Positions 60,101-64,000 of a stretch of DNA of 64,000 nucleotides are shown piece after piece. Positions within the stretch are counted from its first letter, which is position 1, and the number at the start of each line of letters is the position of its first letter. The stretch covers positions 2,108,001-2,172,000 of the forward strand of contig NC_135761.1 in the NCBI RefSeq assembly GCF_052425735.1, read 5' to 3'. The notes under the pieces were generated by a model, which saw only the letters and a program-made list of their open reading frames with translations, searched no databases and had not been told where the DNA came from. The translations under genes were made by a program, and so were the position numbers. Source of the stretch: Oculina patagonica (lineage: Eukaryota).

Positions 60101-63069
60101 TCGCTGTCAAGGGAGTTATAAAATTATACCTTATAGAATTGTAGAATCCTTCATTTTATCATGCTGTTTTGTTGCAGTTAATGGTGCTTACACTCCGTGG
60201 AGCCAGTGGACAGAATGCACAGCGACATGTGGTGGAGGAACGCGCATGCGTAATCGCTCCTGCACCAACCCTCCAGCACAGAACGGCGGGAAGACGTGTT
60301 TGGATCAGGGACTGGGCCCAGAACTAGAAACACAAATGTGCAATGTACAGCCTTGTCCAAGTGAGTCGCTTACATACCTTTGTCACATGTTTTGCAAATC
60401 CAAAATATCCATTCACCTTTTTTGTCCCTAAGTGGCACACTTGACTTTATATTGAAATTATAAGGTTTTTGATGCTGTCCATTCCAGGAAGTAACCACGT
60501 ACTTGAAGTAAAACGATATGAAACGAAAGTTTAGAATAAAAACAGAATGATGATTCAAAAGATTTTATCGTGTTCATGTAAAAAGCATGGTTGTTCATGT
60601 TGTAGTTTAAAATGAATTTCAGGCCAAGAAAATGATTTCAGACTAAGTAATTTGTATTTTCCTTTGTTTCAGGTTTGTTACTAAAATTCATAAACAAAGA
60701 AAATGTTTGGAATTAATTTGACCATAAAATTTATTTTAGACTACAACATGACACATTTTTGCTACACAATGGACAAGGAAACATGCTCAGTACGATACTA
60801 ATATTAAGCCACCCAGGTTCAACGATACTTTTGTGCATTTTAATTCTTGCTGTTGATAAAGTTTCCTTGGAAGTGGTTCATTTACTGTATGTTATTCTGT
60901 TGTAGGTGTTTGTGTTCCGGCGTGTCAAAATGGCGGCGCATGTGTCAATCAAAAATGTCAGTGCAGTCAAGGCCTTTATGAAGGAGTCTATTGCCAAACA
61001 CGTAAGTTATCGGGTTTTAGTAGTTGAAACGCTTCTCTTAGTTGCAAGTGCTATGTACCTACAGCTGTTCATGTGTATAAGGGACATTTTTGCGGCAAAC
61101 ACTGTTGTTGTAGACTCGATGCTTACCATAATGTTTTGCAAAAAAAATGTACAGCGACTTGCCAGCATCATTGTTCTTCGCTAGCTTGTCTGAATTCTTA
61201 GAAGCAAACTTACAATGTTGTCTTACTAATTGCCAATGGCCGCTTAAAAGTTACATGGATTTTACATGTAAGGTCTGGCTCTGAAATAAAAGGCTGACTC
61301 AAACAGCTTTCATTTCATTTTCACTAGATGGGGACAGACGACAGAGCCCGCAGACGAGGAGACGGGGGGCCGGGGAGGGGGCGCGCGCCCGGGGTTGACT
61401 AAAAGGTGACCCTTTAACCAGTTCAGTGCATTATGCTTCTCCACGCACTCTTTGTTAACGTTGTATTGTGCATTTTTCATTTCATCTTCAGCTGTTTGCA
61501 AGGTTCCCTGTCAAAACGGTGGCACATGTGCTAAACCTAATCAGTGTAAATGCCCAAATGGATATAAGACAACAACTTGTGGCACTCGTGAGTATGATTT
61601 ATGCTTGTTCGGATAATTTTTCTTATTCAAGTATACACCAGTTCGAAGAAACGTTGACCCATGAAAAGCATAAACCATAAACGATGTGTCCCAAATGTAC
61701 ATGTATACTGGGAAATCGGAAAAAGTAATCGTTGTCTGTGACAGAATAAACATGATAATAAGACAGATTGCTTAAATCATGTTCTTAAAGCTCTCAAAGA
61801 AAGAAAATATCTTGATTATAAATAAATAGAATATTACTAAGCTTACCAACGATGTCTACCCAGAATCCATTTCGGTGTTACCGTTGCTGGTTTCTGCTTT
61901 TCACAGGGTCAGCGTTTCTTCAATTTGGTATATTAATGTAACGTTCTAGAAGGTGGGAATACATGTATGTTCTAACGTGTCGCTTCCTTTCTGTCTCTCG
62001 TTGCAGCTGTTTGCCAGCGTGTTTGTCAAAACGGTGGAACATGCATTGCTCCAAACAAGTGTCAGTGCCAGCCCGGGTACTCAGGCCAGTGGTGTCAAAC
62101 CTGTATGTATCGATTAAACAAGCGTTTTTCTTGTTAAAGACAGTTTAGTGTGCATGACATGTTACTTTATGCTAGTGTGAGTCATACTGTTTTGGAAAGC
62201 CTGTCCACATACAGGGAGAATCAAAATACATGTACGATGGTTTTACTGAAAGTAAACACTGTGCATGAATAATCTGTATGCGCTAAGCCATATACCCAAT
62301 AACCACTGCTACCTGGGTGTTTTTTCTTTCTTTCTTTCTTTTTTTCTTTTCTTTTTGTTTTTGTTACGCTTAATGTCCCTGGTATCCAATGCAAGTTACA
62401 TAAACTGAAGTAATTTTGTACTTTACAGCTACTTGCAAACCAGACTGCCTCAATGGCGGAACATGTGTCAACAGTAAATGTGTTTGTGCCGGAGGATATT
62501 CAGGCCCTAACTGCAACATAGGTGAGGATAACATTGCTACTGAGATTCAGGGGCCATTTATTTTTTACTAAGTATTTCCCTGAAGGACATTCAAGTCTGC
62601 GCATTTGCTTCCGGTTCCACCATCATGCCAAGGCTCTGATTGGTTAATTATTGTAACTAACCAACAACCATTTAGACACACTACACGGATCCTATAGTAC
62701 TCTAAATGGAACTTTATTTCTATGTAATTGTTTGACTTGCATCTCTGAAAATCCCTGACGTCTTCTGCAAGGAAAGGAAATACTGTAAACGCGTTGAGTG
62801 GCGTTTCAGGTTCACTTACATGTAGCTGTAGTAAATAATTATGTAATATTAATTGCACACGTTTTATTTTCTTCTTTTTACAGTTTCTCCGTGTGATATT
62901 GGCAAACCAGAAGGACCTTGTCAACTCGACATTCAGCAAGAAGTAGGCAAGGCTTCTGTGAATGAACAGAGCTCTCCTTGTATCAGCTTCTTGCAAGAAG
63001 TCTTGACCCATTGTAGTTACAGAAACATGTCTCACTTGTATTCAATGAAGAACTGCGAACAAATGTGTA
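35045..63069 (+). CDS. Giant secreted mosaic extracellular protein (WSC-TY-lagrin-SEA-LamG-TSP1x14-FReD-like-EGFx4-Kunitz-like), 38 coding exons traced, 3' end beyond the window
   Basis: Continuous chain of GT-AG exons with compatible phases (mostly 1-1) from signal peptide [20 protein letters not shown]; no terminal exon seen; two 1-bp homopolymer frameshifts (near 45385 and 49165). Confidence 0.85.
36560..37453 (+). CDS. Mosaic gene exon 4: Ser/Thr/Asn/Tyr-rich low-complexity region ending in (APYP/SPYP)n
   Basis: 894-nt phase 1-1 exon inside ORF 36517-37461. Confidence 0.85.
38004..40381 (+). CDS. Mosaic gene exons 5-8: three thyroglobulin type-1 domains and two lagrin/papilin-type Cys repeats (38004-38384, 38669-38881, 39398-39772, 40112-40381)
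   Basis: FVPxC...QC...CWCV...GxEIxGTR motifs; [24 protein letters not shown] and [24 protein letters not shown]; (QP)n tract. Confidence 0.9.
40924..42024 (+). CDS. Mosaic gene exons 9-11: SEA-like module (40924-41036, 41570-41631, 41855-42024)
   Basis: [31 protein letters not shown]...STRLTGIR pattern resembles SEA; phases 1-0, 0-2 and 2-1 join cleanly. Confidence 0.65.
42509..44396 (+). CDS. Mosaic gene exons 12-13: Pro-rich stalk and LamG/concanavalin-A-like domain (42509-43171, 44187-44396)
   Basis: VTIAMWVK...[10 protein letters not shown]...AKIYVN...[21 protein letters not shown]. Confidence 0.88.
45140..45808 (+). CDS. Mosaic gene exons 14-15: Cys/Pro-rich and mucin-like Thr/Pro/Lys stalk (45140-45570), 15-nt micro-exon (45794-45808)
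   Basis: Exon 14 is 431 nt; one extra C in the run at 45379-45388 restores the frame linking ORFs 45142-45417 and 45225-45605. Confidence 0.75.
46458..55808 (+). CDS. Mosaic gene exons 16-27: twelve TSP1 repeats, one per exon (46458-46634, 47513-47683, 48404-48580, 49019-49196, 49679-49849, 50147-50317, 51742-51918, 52424-52600, 53242-53418, 54075-54257, 54769-54891, 55629-55808)
   Basis: V(D/N)GG..W..W..CSxTCGGG...RxRxCxNPxPxxGGKxC...CNxxPCP; all phase 1-1; the 54769 exon is a shortened repeat; the 49019 exon has an extra A. Confidence 0.93.
46741..46905. mobile_element. MITE with TA flanks (family shared with 54947-55145)
   Basis: TIR CCTTATTCTCACT...AGTGAGAATAAGG flanked by TA. Confidence 0.8.
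47740..48275 (-). mobile_element. RTE-like LINE 3' fragment interrupted by a MITE
   Basis: Minus strand reads [16 protein letters not shown]...[12 protein letters not shown], resembling an RTE ORF C-terminus; split at 47844-48165. Confidence 0.6.
47844..48165. mobile_element. MITE with CAGGGCTG termini
   Basis: CAGGGCTGAAAGTAA...TTATTTGCAGCCCTG; ATGTCC directly repeated on both sides. Confidence 0.7.
50619..51624. mobile_element. About 1-kb non-autonomous DNA transposon (TA flanks, Tc1/mariner-like)
   Basis: TIR CAGTATGTGG(T/C)CCTTGGTCCG(T/C)GA at both ends; TA flanks; internal GGTCCTTGGTCCG repeats; no transposase ORF. Confidence 0.85.
53826..54020 (-). mobile_element. RTE-like LINE 3' fragment with (TAAC)n tail
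   Basis: Minus strand [19 protein letters not shown]...[24 protein letters not shown] followed by a microsatellite tail. Confidence 0.7.
54303..54595 (+). mobile_element. tRNA-derived SINE (partial relative at about 50380-50520)
   Basis: A-box GGTGGCCTAATGGTTAG, B-box-like TTCGAGCCC, central CTTGGGCAAGACACTTTA. Confidence 0.7.
54947..55145. mobile_element. MITE with TA flanks
   Basis: TIR CCTTATTGTTACT...AGTAACAATAAGG flanked by TA. Confidence 0.8.
56494..58939 (+). CDS. Mosaic gene exons 28-31: fibrinogen-related N-terminal-like domain plus extension (56494-56692, 57502-57657, 58333-58610, 58898-58939)
   Basis: RSCREF...DGLYTIY...[15 protein letters not shown] is the FReD/intelectin-type N-terminal motif; phases 1-2, 2-2, 2-1, 1-1. 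Confidence 0.8.
59623..60360 (+). CDS. Mosaic gene exons 32-33: TSP1 repeats 13 and 14 (59623-59808, 60178-60360)
   Basis: [22 protein letters not shown] and [22 protein letters not shown]. Confidence 0.92.
60906..62521 (+). CDS. Mosaic gene exons 34-37: four EGF-like repeats (60906-61001, 61492-61587, 62007-62102, 62429-62521)
   Basis: C...C(Q/L)NGGxC...KCxC..GY....C in 93-96-nt phase 1-1 exons. Confidence 0.9.
62884..63069 (+). CDS. Mosaic gene exon 38: degenerate Kunitz/BPTI-like domain
   Basis: Six Cys spaced C-x8-C-x19-C-x10-C-x13-C-x3-C with GPC before the P1 position; followed by a GTAAGT donor. Confidence 0.6.
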
Positions 63070-63272
63070 GTAAGTTACTTGATTTTTTATCAATACTACT
63101 TATACCATACCATTGAAGAAATAAAAAACTCAAGCATACTTAACAAACGAGGCCCCTTCTTAACAGTCTGTTATGTTAGCTAGTACACACGTGGGCCAGG
63201 AAATCGACAGGTATCTTACCAGTAGTTTTGTGTTTTTTGTTTGTTTCGTTTTCTTTTAGAGGGCAGTCTTAA

Positions 63273-63672
63273 AGGACCCTAGTCGCCACGCCTGTTTTGT
63301 TTACATACAGATTATTATATTTTTCGCGGAGCTTGTCCAAAGCATAGTCGAAAGGAAATAAATCACCGTGAAACTGCTGAAAGTAATTAAACAGACTTCT
63401 GGTGCAAAAGATGTCGCCGCCATACAGTTTCATAATTCGATGGCATCGAAAATGGCGGGGGAATTGGATATTTAAGTTTAACTGATAAATTCCCTAAACA
63501 AACAAAAGAATGATAGATACTAGTCAAAAATAAGCACCGATTTTTAAAAAGAACTTGTGTCAGTTAAGACCTCAGTAAAGCGAACGCACAAGGATGGACG
63601 AGGGTTTCTTTTCAACATGCGAAATGTCCGAATAAGATGGCAGAGAAAATGGCGGAGGCTGACTAGGATCCT
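63273..63672. mobile_element. MITE with TTAA flanks (Kolobok-like AG...CT ends)
   Basis: AGGACCCTAGTC...GACTAGGATCCT flanked by TTAA on both sides. Confidence 0.7.
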
Positions 63673-64000
63673 TTAAGAAGTGTAGGATCTACTTTAATTT
63701 GGAATCTTGCAAATTAGCCTTGGCTGGCAGTTAAATTCCGTTTAGGCTCTTGTCAATAAATTTCCAGTTACATACCTAAGGCTTATTTATACAGACTAGG
63801 GCATGTCTGTCTCCCATCAAAGGGTGCACTTAGCAACCTACAGTTCGCATTTATACTACCACTAACCAAGCATGTAGACATGTAGACCCTCTTGAAATAA
63901 ACACCTTCTTGTATGGTCGAGAGCCTTTAAGAAGGGATGCACTTTTGAATTTGTTACTCAGTGATAAACCAGTAGTGATTGACAAGAGATTTACATGTAT

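Noticed and set aside
46458-60360. Naming the TSP1-rich gene hemicentin, SCO-spondin, coadhesin or papilin
   Set aside because: Diagnostic Ig, vWA, vWD, FA58C or ADAMTS-spacer domains are not seen in the window; only TSP1, lagrin and Kunitz modules are shared.

Overview
Eukaryotic (animal) genomic DNA, AT-rich with GT-AG introns; the repeat types and domain content suggest a cnidarian such as a stony coral (inference). Four zones. (1) 1-3.8 kb: a 10-bp satellite (TGTAGGGCTA) with internal higher-order duplications. (2) 4.6-25.2 kb: seven apparently intronless Maf-family bZIP genes in three subfamilies plus a frameshifted bZIP relic. Every copy has a palindromic NF-kB-type site (GGGGA[A/T]TCCCC or a 1-base variant) about 90-175 bp upstream of its likely ATG. 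Most also carry a CCAAT box, and many carry STAT/GAS (TTCN3GAA), ISRE/IRF (TTTCNNTTTC) or MARE-like motifs nearby. This looks like an immune/stress-inducible transcription-factor array and is the main candidate novel system. (3) 27.3-29.6 kb: a small secreted WSC-domain gene that mirrors the first three coding exons of its neighbour. (4) 35.0 kb to past the window end: a giant mosaic extracellular protein gene (38 coding exons traced, about 2,640 aa so far): signal peptide, WSC, Tyr/Pro-rich linker, 3 thyroglobulin-1, 2 lagrin/papilin Cys repeats, SEA-like, LamG-like, 14 TSP1, fibrinogen-related-like, 4 EGF and a degenerate Kunitz domain. It has two 1-bp homopolymer frameshifts that are probably assembly errors. 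MITEs, tRNA-derived SINE-like repeats and RTE LINE fragments lie in introns and spacers. All calls are by eye; no searches were run.
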